Assembly (NCBI GenBank): GCA_963843795.1
Contig: CAWJLW010000006.1
Span: 2,108,001 to 2,172,000, forward strand
Reading direction: 5' to 3'
Length of the DNA: 64,000 bases
Source of the DNA: an uncultured bacterium
GTDB taxonomy: Bacteria > Armatimonadota > Abditibacteriia > Abditibacteriales > Abditibacteriaceae
Shown: positions 19,795-29,159 of the stretch, piece by piece
How positions within the stretch are numbered: position 1 is the stretch's first letter
How the letters are laid out: each line of letters opens with the position of its first letter
The notes under the pieces: model-generated
The model's database searches: none
Seen by the model: only the letters and a program-made list of their open reading frames with translations
Told to the model about the DNA's origin: nothing
Made by a program: the position numbers and the translations under genes

Positions 19795-21189
19795 CTACAT
19801 CTCAAAACTGTCCATCATACCGCTATACATTCCCGTGTATTGATCGACGACCGACATACCGATTTTGATAGCCACCAGCAGAAACACCAAAATCGCCATG
19901 ACTTTGACCGCTTGCTTAATCGCAGTTTCGGCGTCGCTTTCCAAAAAATCGGCGACTTTATCTAACTGCTCATCAATATTGCCAGTTTGCTCACCAATAG
20001 CTAGCATTTGCATGGCAACGGGCGGAAATTGTCGCGTGGCTTGGAGCGCGCCAGTGAGAGAATTGCCGTTTTGAACTTGCGGAATCACCCGCTCGATGCT
20101 ATCGCCTATGGCTACGTTATCGCACGCATCAGAAGAAAGCTGCAGCGCGCGATGCGGCGCCATGCCTGCCGACCAGGTCGCACTCAAGGCACGACAAAAT
20201 TTGGCTGTTGCCAATCCGCGTGCGACTTTGCCACCAATGGGCAGCACTAATTTAATGCTGTCGATGGCTCGCTTCCAGCTTTTGGCGTGACCGAGCAAAG
20301 GTGCCACATAAGCCGCAACTTTCCATACCGCCCACGCAACCGCAATAATGATGATTTGCGTGCGCATGCTGATGATCGCAGGGCCAAGACCAAAAAGAAC
20401 CAGTGGAACGACAGCGGGAACGAAAATCGATGCGCCCAGCAACAATTTCGGATACCAAGTTTCGCGTTTGATGGTTTGCTCGAGATGGTAATCGTTTTCG
20501 CAGTATTTTGACAGGCGCGCACAAGTTCGGTCGAGCGTGCCCGAACCTTCGCCCGCCTCAATGATGCCGGTTTGCAATTCGCTGAACAAACCGGGATACA
20601 ACCTCATGCTTTGGCTCCACGGTGTTCCCATTAAGGCACGCTTGCTCATTTCGCCACTCGCCCGTCGCAAAGCCGCGCTGCTATCGTGCTGCGAGGCAAC
20701 TTCCAGCGCCTGACCGACACTACTGCCTGCATGCAACATCGCGTGCATCTGACGGAAAAACAACGATTTCTGCTTGTTGTCGGCGCGCGCCCACCAGTCT
20801 GTTTCTGATTTGGTTTTGCCCGCGTCGGTTTTCGGCACATACGCCACGCCACCATTTTGCGGAGGATTCATATGGGAAGGGCGTGCATTAGGACGTGGCA
20901 AAGCGCCACTGGCAACCGTTGCAGCGCCCTCCCTATCGGATATAAACGTGGCTTGTGGAGCGTAAATTGGCGCGGCCTGCATTGGCGGCTCGATTGTCGG
21001 GGTGGCAACGGTTGCCGTTGCTCCATTTGGCGTGGCATTTAAATGTGCCTTGGGAGCGAGAGCAATGCGGGTGACCGTGAGTTCACGTTCGCTCAGGGTG
21101 TGCAGCAAAGCGTTCTGATCGTCGGCATTGCGCGTGCCGCGCACCGGCCGCCCGGCGCGGTCGCGGGCTTCAAAAGCGAATAAGGGCAT
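19795..21189 (-). CDS. Type II secretion system F / PilC-family inner membrane platform protein
   Basis: MPLFAFEARDRAG, FFRQMHAMLHAG, AGEGSGTLD, IGEQTGNIDEQLDKVADF. Confidence 0.9.
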   Translation of the reverse strand: MPLFAFEARDRAGRPVRGTRNADDQNALLHTLSERELTVTRIALAPKAHLNATPNGATATVATPTIEPPMQAAPIYAPQATFISDREGAATVASGALPRPNARPSHMNPPQNGGVAYVPKTDAGKTKSETDWWARADNKQKSLFFRQMHAMLHAGSSVGQALEVASQHDSSAALRRASGEMSKRALMGTPWSQSMRLYPGLFSELQTGIIEAGEGSGTLDRTCARLSKYCENDYHLEQTIKRETWYPKLLLGASIFVPAVVPLVLFGLGPAIISMRTQIIIIAVAWAVWKVAAYVAPLLGHAKSWKRAIDSIKLVLPIGGKVARGLATAKFCRALSATWSAGMAPHRALQLSSDACDNVAIGDSIERVIPQVQNGNSLTGALQATRQFPPVAMQMLAIGEQTGNIDEQLDKVADFLESDAETAIKQAVKVMAILVFLLVAIKIGMSVVDQYTGMYSGMMDSFEM

Positions 21190-21303
21190 CGAAGTTCTCC
21201 GTGAAAAACATACCGGCAATAAAGATTCTACCCCAAATGTCAATTCTTGCTTACCTCACTCCGCAAACTGCGCCCTGCAAGTACTTGCGGGCAATCGCCA
21301 ACA

Positions 21304-22260
21304 TCATTCCAACTCCACATCGAGCCGATAATTCTTCAATTCTTCACGCAGTTTCAAAACCGCCAAATCCTTGCTTTTGGCTTCGCACATCACATCAAAC
21401 GCGCGCCCACATTTTTGCGTCACCGCATTGACAAATGGCGCGAAAACATCGGCGTCGATAAAATCGGCGTGCTGAGTGGGAAGTGCTTTGGCTTTCATCT
21501 CGACGCGCTTACCAGTGGCTTTATCACGCCGCATAATGACGCGATCTTCGATGCGCGGGCTGGAAAAGTGAATCTTAGGCCGACAATTCTCTGGCCAAGT
21601 TCCTAACATTTGACAACACGCTGTGACCGCATCGCGGCCATCGTTGAGGCAATTGTGATGCTGATGATCGAACACACAGCGAATGCCGGTCGCTTCGTGA
21701 ATGCGCAGCACATCATCGACGCCCCACGAAACGTCATCATTTTCCAATACCAAACGCCGCGCGGCCACATCGGGCAAGGCTTTAAAATGGTCAATAAAAC
21801 GCTGACGTGCCGCATCGCGGTCGCCATAAACGCCACCGACGTGTGTTACAACGACCGCTTCCAACGGTTGCTCCATAATATCGAGCATTTGCGCTTGCGC
21901 CACGAAATCGCGGGTCGAAGTTTCGACCAATTTCGGATTGGGCGCATTAAGCACAATATATTGCGACGGATGAAACGACAAACGCAAATTCAGTTGCAAA
22001 GCGCGACGCCCCAATGCGACCAGTTCATCACGCGCTTCATCCAATTGCTGGTGAAATTGCGGCATTTCGGGATGCGTGAGATAAGGTGCGAAATCGGAAG
22101 ACAAACGATACATTGAGATGTGCGTTTTTTCAAGATAATCGAAAATTTTCTCGACGTATCCAATCGAAACTCTCAAATGCGGCTCGTTTTGCCAGCGTCG
22201 CGCATCGTTGCTTTTCAAACCTGTTTCACCCAAAACTTTGACCGCAAATCCCAACCGCAT
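21304..22260 (-). CDS. uvsE: UV damage endonuclease
   Basis: MRLGFA, YRLSSD, RLSFHPSQY, HVGGVYG, RLVLENDD, FDHQHH, PKIHFSS, HADFI, DVMCEAKSKD. Confidence 0.93.
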   Translation of the reverse strand: MRLGFAVKVLGETGLKSNDARRWQNEPHLRVSIGYVEKIFDYLEKTHISMYRLSSDFAPYLTHPEMPQFHQQLDEARDELVALGRRALQLNLRLSFHPSQYIVLNAPNPKLVETSTRDFVAQAQMLDIMEQPLEAVVVTHVGGVYGDRDAARQRFIDHFKALPDVAARRLVLENDDVSWGVDDVLRIHEATGIRCVFDHQHHNCLNDGRDAVTACCQMLGTWPENCRPKIHFSSPRIEDRVIMRRDKATGKRVEMKAKALPTQHADFIDADVFAPFVNAVTQKCGRAFDVMCEAKSKDLAVLKLREELKNYRLDVELE

Positions 22261-22279
22261 AAATTCCCTTTTCAACTCT

Positions 22280-23029
22280 TCAATCAAACTTCACATCGCC
22301 CGCAAGCACTTGCCTCACACCATTAGTCGTTGTCACCAAAAGCGCGCCACCGTCGTCGACGCCGCGCAACACGCCGTAAAACTTCTCGTTTTCCTGCACG
22401 ATTTGCACGACCTCGCCGCGCCCGTAACAGCGCGTTTCCCAGGCAGCGCGCACGTTTTCCCAATTGCCATTTTGCAGCTGCGTGCAAGTACTTGCCAGGT
22501 GTTTTAAACACGTATTTTCGACTGCGCGCAAGCTCAATTCGCGCTCACATTCCAACCGCAAAGAAGAGGCCGGAAAAATCGGACGTTCGGGCAATTGTCC
22601 GTTTGCGTGCAGCACATTAATGCCGATGCCGACAATCAGAAAATCGACGCGCCCGTTTTTCAGTTGCGATTCGCACAGAATGCCGCCGACTTTCCGATTA
22701 TGAACCAGAATGTCGTTTGGCCATTTCACCTGCGCATTTAACCCACAAACTTCCTCAATCGCGTGCGCCATCGCGACTGCCGCGCCCAAAGTTGCGTGTG
22801 CAACTGTTGGAATTTCGCGTACGACCATCGAAAACAGCAAGCCGCAATTTGGTGGCGAAAACCAATCGCGCCCGCGCCGTCCGCGCCCCGCGCTTTGTTC
22901 GCTCGCGATAACTACCGCTCCGGTTGGCGCATCGTTTTCGGCCCACTCGCGCGCAGCATCATTGGTGGAATCGATGATTTCGTAGCGACGCAAAGGCGCG
23001 CCGTTTGGTGTGGTTTCGCTGGTAAACAT
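22280..23029 (-). CDS. birA: Biotin--[acetyl-CoA-carboxylase] ligase (no HTH)
   Basis: IDSTN, EQSAGRGRRGRDW, KWPNDI, KVGGILCE, VGIGINV. Confidence 0.95.
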   Translation of the reverse strand: MFTSETTPNGAPLRRYEIIDSTNDAAREWAENDAPTGAVVIASEQSAGRGRRGRDWFSPPNCGLLFSMVVREIPTVAHATLGAAVAMAHAIEEVCGLNAQVKWPNDILVHNRKVGGILCESQLKNGRVDFLIVGIGINVLHANGQLPERPIFPASSLRLECERELSLRAVENTCLKHLASTCTQLQNGNWENVRAAWETRCYGRGEVVQIVQENEKFYGVLRGVDDGGALLVTTTNGVRQVLAGDVKFD

Positions 23030-23060
23030 GATGAAAATACTATCGCCACTTGCCTTCACG

Positions 23061-23096
23061 CAAAAGTGCGCTGCAGGTACCTGCAGCGCACTTTTG
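23061..23096. repeat. 36-bp perfect palindrome with compensated variant core GCAGGTACCTGC
   Basis: CAAAAGTGCGCTGCAGGT|ACCTGCAGCGCACTTTTG. Confidence 0.9.
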
Positions 23097-23101
23097 GGCG
23101 C

Positions 23102-23551
23102 TCATTGGGCCAGATTCTGCGCGCCATCAACTTTTTCGATTTTCCACACGCCCTCAATTTTGCGCCAGTTAATTTTGAAATTGCCGCTACGCCGCGAAAA
23201 CGGCTGACTGGTTTCGTTGCGCGTGCTGAGTTCGTAAGTGCCGCGCGAAAACGCCGTGTCGCCTCTGACTTGTACTTCGATAATCTGCATCTGAGTTTCG
23301 ATTTTGTCTGCGGTGAAAAAGAAGCCCGCAAGCTGCGAATTGAGTTCTTTTTTCTTGGTGCCGCCAAAAGTAAAATCGTCGCTGAGCACTGCAGTGATGC
23401 CGCGCGGATTTTTGTTTTCTGCAGCGCTCTGAATCGCTTCCAATTGCGCCACGATTTGCTCACGGTCATCAAGCTTCGGATGTGTATAACGCCACAGCGC
23501 GATGCCGCCCAGCAATATCACAATGACGACGACCAGCCAGCGCAATTTCAT
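23102..23551 (-). CDS. NTF2-like (DUF4440/SnoaL-like) membrane-anchored protein
   Basis: N-terminal TM; VQVRGDTA, WRKIEGVWKI. Confidence 0.7.
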   Translation of the reverse strand: MKLRWLVVVIVILLGGIALWRYTHPKLDDREQIVAQLEAIQSAAENKNPRGITAVLSDDFTFGGTKKKELNSQLAGFFFTADKIETQMQIIEVQVRGDTAFSRGTYELSTRNETSQPFSRRSGNFKINWRKIEGVWKIEKVDGAQNLAQ

Positions 23552-23600
23552 GATTTTCCTCAGTTCTCACAGCAAGTACTTGCAACGTTCAAGTTACGAT

Positions 23601-25136
23601 TTAGAAACCGCAGCGTTGCAAAAGTGCGGCAATTTCATTGTGCGTTGCGCCTACTTTGGCGCGTGCATCAAACAAATCCTGTGCCCGCACCGGATACCAG
23701 TTGCGCCGATTTTTAGCACCAATTCCCACCACATCAAACGGCTTAATAATTTCCGCAATTTGCTTTAACAAAACCGCTTTATCCGACGCGTTTCCAATAG
23801 GCATTGCGTTCGTCAGACACGCGCGCATTTGCGGGCCGAATTGCGGATGATCGCACAGCAAAAACGCGCCCGACAAATGCGATTTGTTCAAACGTCGCGC
23901 GGTTTCGCTAAAGCTCGCGGCGGCGAAATACAACATCGTCAGCGCACTAAAAACTTCGAAATCGTTGAGGTTTTGGTATAGCGCGCCAACCAACTGCTCG
24001 ACCGCGCACAATTCGCGCTGTGTTTGAGCGGCGTACTTTTGCAATGGTTCGTTCAATGGTTTCGTCCAAGCGTTTTCAATGAGACTGCCCAGACGCGCCA
24101 CACCCGCAAGCGCTAAGGGAAAGCCTGTCGACAACAATGGATCGCTGAAACCCGCGCTCGATGGCAACAACGCCCAATCGTCGCCCGCGACTTGATCGCT
24201 GCGAAAGCTCGGCGCGCTGGAATGCGCGAAAGGGCGCACCGGGGTCGCCTTTTCAAACTGCGCTGCCACGCTGGGCAATCGTGCTAAAATGCGCTGCCAT
24301 GCGTTCTCAGCGTCACCCAAATTTAACTCGCTCGCCAAATTGTCGTTAACCGAAATCCCCGCGCTGGTGATGCCATTATTAAAACGCAAAACCCACATCC
24401 AACCGCCATCAAAAACATGGTGCAGCGCGGCATCATCAATCGGAAACGGCACATTGTCGGGCGCATTTATCACATCCGCGAACAAGCGCACATCGCGAAA
24501 ATGCGAATAGAGAACCTGCGTCGGCAAAACTCGCTCGCCGGTCAAACCCAGCGCGCGATGCAAAAAGCCGCGCGGCCCACTGGCATCAATCAACAAGCGC
24601 GCGCACAGTGCGATTTTTTTATCGTGGCGCTCCCCGCTCAAAAACCAATTTTCATCGTCGCGTTGCGGCGCATTTAAAGTCGTTTCGTCAAGATAATCGA
24701 CGCCCAACTTTTGAGCTTCTTTGAGAAGCAAATGATCAAAATCGGCGCGAAACCAGTGCGTGTCGGCAATGTTATTGTTCGGGCTGGCGGCCACTAAAAG
24801 TTCGTTTTCGCGTTCATTTTTCGATTGGAATTTTTGGCCTCTTTGATGATGATAAAACGAAAATCCGCGTTTGAGACCGCAACCGATTTCAGGATAATTT
24901 TTCTGCCAGCTTCCCCATTTCGCCAACGGCAATACGCGCGGCAAATCGTAGCGCAGCGCCAACTCTTCCAAAAGCAAGTTCGCCAAAGGCGTTGAAGATT
25001 CGCCGATGGCAAAGCGCGGATGACGCGACTTTTCCAGCATCACGACGCTATGGTTCAATCGGCGCGCTATCATCGCTAAAAGCGAAGCGGCGTAGCCGGA
25101 ACCGATAATGGCGATGTCGTAATTTTGATGTTTCAT
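23601..25136 (-). CDS. Flavin-dependent halogenase-like FAD oxidoreductase
   Basis: DIAIIGSG, HPRFAIGESS, RADFDHLL, LIDASG, GWMWVLRF (variant of WxWxIP), GFSDPLLSTG. Confidence 0.85.
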   Translation of the reverse strand: MKHQNYDIAIIGSGYAASLLAMIARRLNHSVVMLEKSRHPRFAIGESSTPLANLLLEELALRYDLPRVLPLAKWGSWQKNYPEIGCGLKRGFSFYHHQRGQKFQSKNERENELLVAASPNNNIADTHWFRADFDHLLLKEAQKLGVDYLDETTLNAPQRDDENWFLSGERHDKKIALCARLLIDASGPRGFLHRALGLTGERVLPTQVLYSHFRDVRLFADVINAPDNVPFPIDDAALHHVFDGGWMWVLRFNNGITSAGISVNDNLASELNLGDAENAWQRILARLPSVAAQFEKATPVRPFAHSSAPSFRSDQVAGDDWALLPSSAGFSDPLLSTGFPLALAGVARLGSLIENAWTKPLNEPLQKYAAQTQRELCAVEQLVGALYQNLNDFEVFSALTMLYFAAASFSETARRLNKSHLSGAFLLCDHPQFGPQMRACLTNAMPIGNASDKAVLLKQIAEIIKPFDVVGIGAKNRRNWYPVRAQDLFDARAKVGATHNEIAALLQRCGF

Positions 25137-25168
25137 CGGGAAAATTTTGCGGCGCAAGTACTTGCAGC

Positions 25169-26134
25169 TTATTTTGTTCCGCACAAATCGCACGCAATTG
25201 GTGCAAGTACTTGCTGCGTTTCATTCATCACTTGCAAACGCGCATGCCTTTGCACAAAGCAGTTTGCGCAATCGGAAAAGCGCTGCAAATCCCACAAATC
25301 GGCGAAAACACGCCCGCAGTCCAGGCCAATTCCATAATTCAAAACCTGTTCCAAACTATCGAGTTTTGGCGGCGACCATTCGCCATTTTCGGCCAAAAGT
25401 TCCAGCGCGCCATTGCCCGCGCGCGTCGGAATGAGGGCAGCGACGGTTGCGCCGCAATCGAAAGCGAAATCGAGCGACTGTTTGGCCCACAGAATCGCTT
25501 CGACTTCATCCATGAATGGCGGCTTGAGCAGAATGAAAACGCGCAGAGCGATATTGTTCGCGCGCAGAACCTCTGCCGCCCTTTGAAAATCGTGCAGTGA
25601 GGCGCCTTTATTTAAGCGCGGCCCCACCGTCGGATGCACGGTTTCTAAACCGATGGCGACTTCCAGTTTCCCATTCAGCATTTTTGCAAAACGCAGGCAA
25701 TCTTCGTTAACAAGTTTTGCGTGTGATTCGACGACAATGCGCTCGAAATTGTGCACGCGTTGGGCAATCGCTGCGTAATCTGCGCGCGGAATCGCTGCAT
25801 TATCGAAAAAACTTCCACTATTGTAAAGCTTGACGTGTTGCGCTGCAGGCAAGCGTTGCAACGCGTAATCAATTTGCGCGGGAATCGCGCCAACCGGCAC
25901 ACTTTCTTCCAACGTATTGCGCCACAAATCGCACATCAAACATTTCCACGGGCATTCGCGATTCGTCAAAAAGATCGTCGCAACGGAAACGATTTCGCCA
26001 CTGGCCGCGCGCTCGTTCTCGCACACCCATTCATACGGACGAAAGGCATCGAGTTCGGCGCGTGGCACAGTGCGGCGTTGTGCGACGATCCAACGATTGC
26101 GCTCGGATTGGCTTTGTGGATAAAGCGAAGCCAT
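25169..26134 (-). CDS. Radical SAM protein, RaSEA/TIGR01210-like
   Basis: CPWKCLMC (CxxxCxxC), KLYNSGSFFD, VVESH, LEVAIGLET, LNKG, ILLKPPF, WSPP. Confidence 0.8.
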   Translation of the reverse strand: MASLYPQSQSERNRWIVAQRRTVPRAELDAFRPYEWVCENERAASGEIVSVATIFLTNRECPWKCLMCDLWRNTLEESVPVGAIPAQIDYALQRLPAAQHVKLYNSGSFFDNAAIPRADYAAIAQRVHNFERIVVESHAKLVNEDCLRFAKMLNGKLEVAIGLETVHPTVGPRLNKGASLHDFQRAAEVLRANNIALRVFILLKPPFMDEVEAILWAKQSLDFAFDCGATVAALIPTRAGNGALELLAENGEWSPPKLDSLEQVLNYGIGLDCGRVFADLWDLQRFSDCANCFVQRHARLQVMNETQQVLAPIACDLCGTK

Positions 26135-26137
26135 CAA

Positions 26138-27457
26138 TTACTGATAAAGTGCCAAAAATTGTTTGCGATATTCAATTTCGCGCGCCGGCAAACGTTCGCG
26201 TAGGCTTTCTTTGGGCAGTGCGCCGTGTTGAAAGCGGCGCTTTTCATACGCCGGCATTTTAATTCCTGTTACCTGCTGCACGCCGCTGGCCACAATTTCG
26301 CCTTTGAGCGCATATAAGCGTGGCACATCGTATTCGGTCAGCGTATCAAACGCGATGCGCTCGGCGGCTTCGACAACGTTCGGGCGCGTGAACGGACTAA
26401 AACCCGCGAAATTGAAGTGGCGCATCGGTGCGTAAGTGCGCGCGTAAGAACGGCTGAGGCCGCCGCTGTAAGTCAGAGAATGCTTGATTTTGCCAACACC
26501 CCAACCTTCCTGATACAACATCATGTTGTTGATGACGCTGCGAATCGTGAGTTCGGGATTTTCTTCGATGGGATAATCTTTCAAATTCTCGTCGCCCCCA
26601 TCGCCATCTATCAGATACAGCCAATTCGGATAAAGTTCGCGAATTCCCTTGCACAGCGCTAATCCCATGGCAGCGCACTCGATGTCGAGGGGTTTGTAAT
26701 CTTCAACGATGCGCACCGCTTCCTGCCAGTCCAAATCATCGGCATCGGCTTGAATTGGTTCCAAGAACATTTCCAAATCGACCGCACGCAGAAATTCGCG
26801 TGCCTGTTCTACGTCTGGCCCATCGCCCAAATCCAAGGTGAAGGCTTTCAAACGACTCAGATTCAGACCAAGTTTTTTCATGACGTGGTAAGTCGTGAGA
26901 AACACAGCACCGCTATCAATGCCGCCGGAAAAGCAGACGCCAATCGGTTCGTGGTCGGGGACAGAACGCAGCCATTTCGAGATTTCATCCGCCAATGCGC
27001 CGATATAAACGCGACCAATTTCATCGGTATCAGTCGCGTCCTCACTGCGCTGCGGCGTGAAAAAGCGCGTGTAAATCGGGTCCGGATCGGGACAGCCGAC
27101 CAGTTGAATTTCCGTAATGTAATGCGCGGGCACCATGCGCGTATAGCTGGGATGAAACTGATCGTCCAGGCCATTTTTCACCAGCCAATCGTGAATTGTA
27201 TCGACGCGGTCAGCCACAATCAAAGCCGGGCCAGCCTGCTGTTTGGCCAGAAAATAACGCAACGGACGATCCAAAGAACGCGCCATGCGCACGGTTTTTC
27301 CCTGCCGCGCGACAATAGCGAATGAGCCTTCGATACCTCGCACCTGTTCGGCATCGCCACTGAGAATGCGCGCGCGCGCTTCGTCGATGCTCAGGTCGTA
27401 TAAATGATTCGATTCGGATTGGGTCAAATCGACCAGCCGTTCCACATATTGATGCAT
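26138..27457 (-). CDS. Asparagine-synthetase-like PP-loop ATPase lacking the N-terminal Cys of the glutaminase domain
   Basis: GSFAIV...ARSLDRPLRY, CFSGGIDSG, DGDGGDEN, KRRFQHG. Confidence 0.8.
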   Translation of the reverse strand: MHQYVERLVDLTQSESNHLYDLSIDEARARILSGDAEQVRGIEGSFAIVARQGKTVRMARSLDRPLRYFLAKQQAGPALIVADRVDTIHDWLVKNGLDDQFHPSYTRMVPAHYITEIQLVGCPDPDPIYTRFFTPQRSEDATDTDEIGRVYIGALADEISKWLRSVPDHEPIGVCFSGGIDSGAVFLTTYHVMKKLGLNLSRLKAFTLDLGDGPDVEQAREFLRAVDLEMFLEPIQADADDLDWQEAVRIVEDYKPLDIECAAMGLALCKGIRELYPNWLYLIDGDGGDENLKDYPIEENPELTIRSVINNMMLYQEGWGVGKIKHSLTYSGGLSRSYARTYAPMRHFNFAGFSPFTRPNVVEAAERIAFDTLTEYDVPRLYALKGEIVASGVQQVTGIKMPAYEKRRFQHGALPKESLRERLPAREIEYRKQFLALYQ

Positions 27458-27597
27458 AATTTTCACGCCTTTGATTGAGTTGAAATTGAGTTGCTAAATT
27501 GAATTTGCTGTGTTTAAAGAATGACAAATCTGGAGCAAAAATGCCACAAAAGCGCACTGCAAGTACTTGCAGCGCGCTTTTGTGGGTTCAACTCAAT

Positions 27598-29101
27598 TTA
27601 ATAAGTCGAGGCTTTGGCGACTTCACGTTCAGCGTGACCATTGGAAGTTACCAGTTCTTCGTCGCCCGGTTTCATCCAGCACAGATTCAAACATTTCGCA
27701 GCGTTGGCTTCGTCCAGGCGACCAATCGGCTGCGAGTGCGGCGCGTGGTGCAACATTTCGGCGTCGGTTTCGGCTTCTTTGGCGATCAGTTTCATCGCAT
27801 CGCAAAACGCATCGAGCGTGGCTTTGGTTTCGGTTTCGGTCGGCTCGATCATCATCGATTCTTTGACAATGGTCGGAAAATAAACCGTCGGCGCGTGAAA
27901 ACCGTAATCGGGCAAACGCTTGGCGATGTCCCACGCCGTCACGCCGTATTTGCTTTTCAAAGCGCTCGCCGAAAGCACGCATTCGTGCTTGCACAAGTTG
28001 TCATTCGCCGTGCCATAAGTGTCTTTCAAACGCGCCAGCACATAGTTGGCCGCCAGAACCGCGTTTTCGGAAATTTCTTTCAAGCCGCTATCGCCGTGAC
28101 GCAAGATGTAAGTCAGCGCGCGCAGAATGACGCCGCTGTTGCCGCGAAAACGCGTGCAGTTGGCCGACCGAATCGGGACGGTCGAAATCCATCACGTATT
28201 TGCCATCGCGCTCGACGACGTGCGGCGTGGGCAGAAACGGTTCGAGAATATCGCGCACCGCGACCGGCCCCGCACCCGGCCCGCCGCCGCCGTGTGGCGT
28301 CGAGAAAGTTTTGTGAACGTTGAAATGCATCACGTCGATGCCGGTGTCGCCCGGTTTGACCGCGCCCAGAATCGCGTTCATGTTCGCGCCGTCCATGTAA
28401 ACCAGCGCGCCCTGTTCGTGCGCCAATTGGCACAAAGTTTCGATTTCGCGCTCGAACACGCCCAGCGTGTTCGGGTTGGTAATCATCACCGCAGCCACAT
28501 CCGGCCCTAAAGCTTCGCGCATCGCTTCGATATCAACGCAACCGTTTTCATCCGAATGCACTTGCGTCACGTCGAATCCGCAGCGCGCCGCGCTCGCCGG
28601 ATTGGTGCCGTGCGCCGAATCGGGAACCACAATGCGCGTGCGCGTCGCACCATCTCCGCGCGACTGATGATAAGCGCGAATCATCAGTAATCCGCAAAAT
28701 TCGCCCTGCGCTCCGGCCAAAGGCTGCACTGTTGCGGCGTGCAAACCGGCGATTTTCGCCAAGACATTTTGCGCGCGGAACAACACTTCGAGCCAGCCTT
28801 GCGTCGAATCGTCACTTTGCAAAGGGTGCACAGTGGCGAAACCGGGCATTCCAGCCACGACTTCGTTGATTTTCGGGTTGTACTTCATCGTGCACGAACC
28901 GAGCGGATAAAATTCGGTGTCGATGCTGAAATTTAGCTGCGACAATTTGGTGTAATGACGCACCACGGAATGTTCGTCCAAAGCGGGCAGCGGCAAATCG
29001 TCGCGCATCGCAAAATCGAAAGCGGCTTCCGGCACGTCGAGAGGCGGTAAGTAATCGTTGTATTGGCCGGGCGAGGAAAGCTCGAAAAGAATCGGTTGCA
29101 T
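27598..29101 (-). CDS. gcvPB: Glycine dehydrogenase subunit 2, interrupted by a +1 frameshift near 28147-28150
   Basis: YPLGSCTMKYNP, SAHGTNPASA, HFNVHKTFSTPHGGGGPG, then NAVLAANY, GFHAPT, MIEPTETE in the second frame. Confidence 0.93.
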
Positions 29102-29159
29102 GAGGAAATTTGAGTTTTAAACGCGCCGCAAGTACTTGCAGCGCATCGCTGATGTGGTT

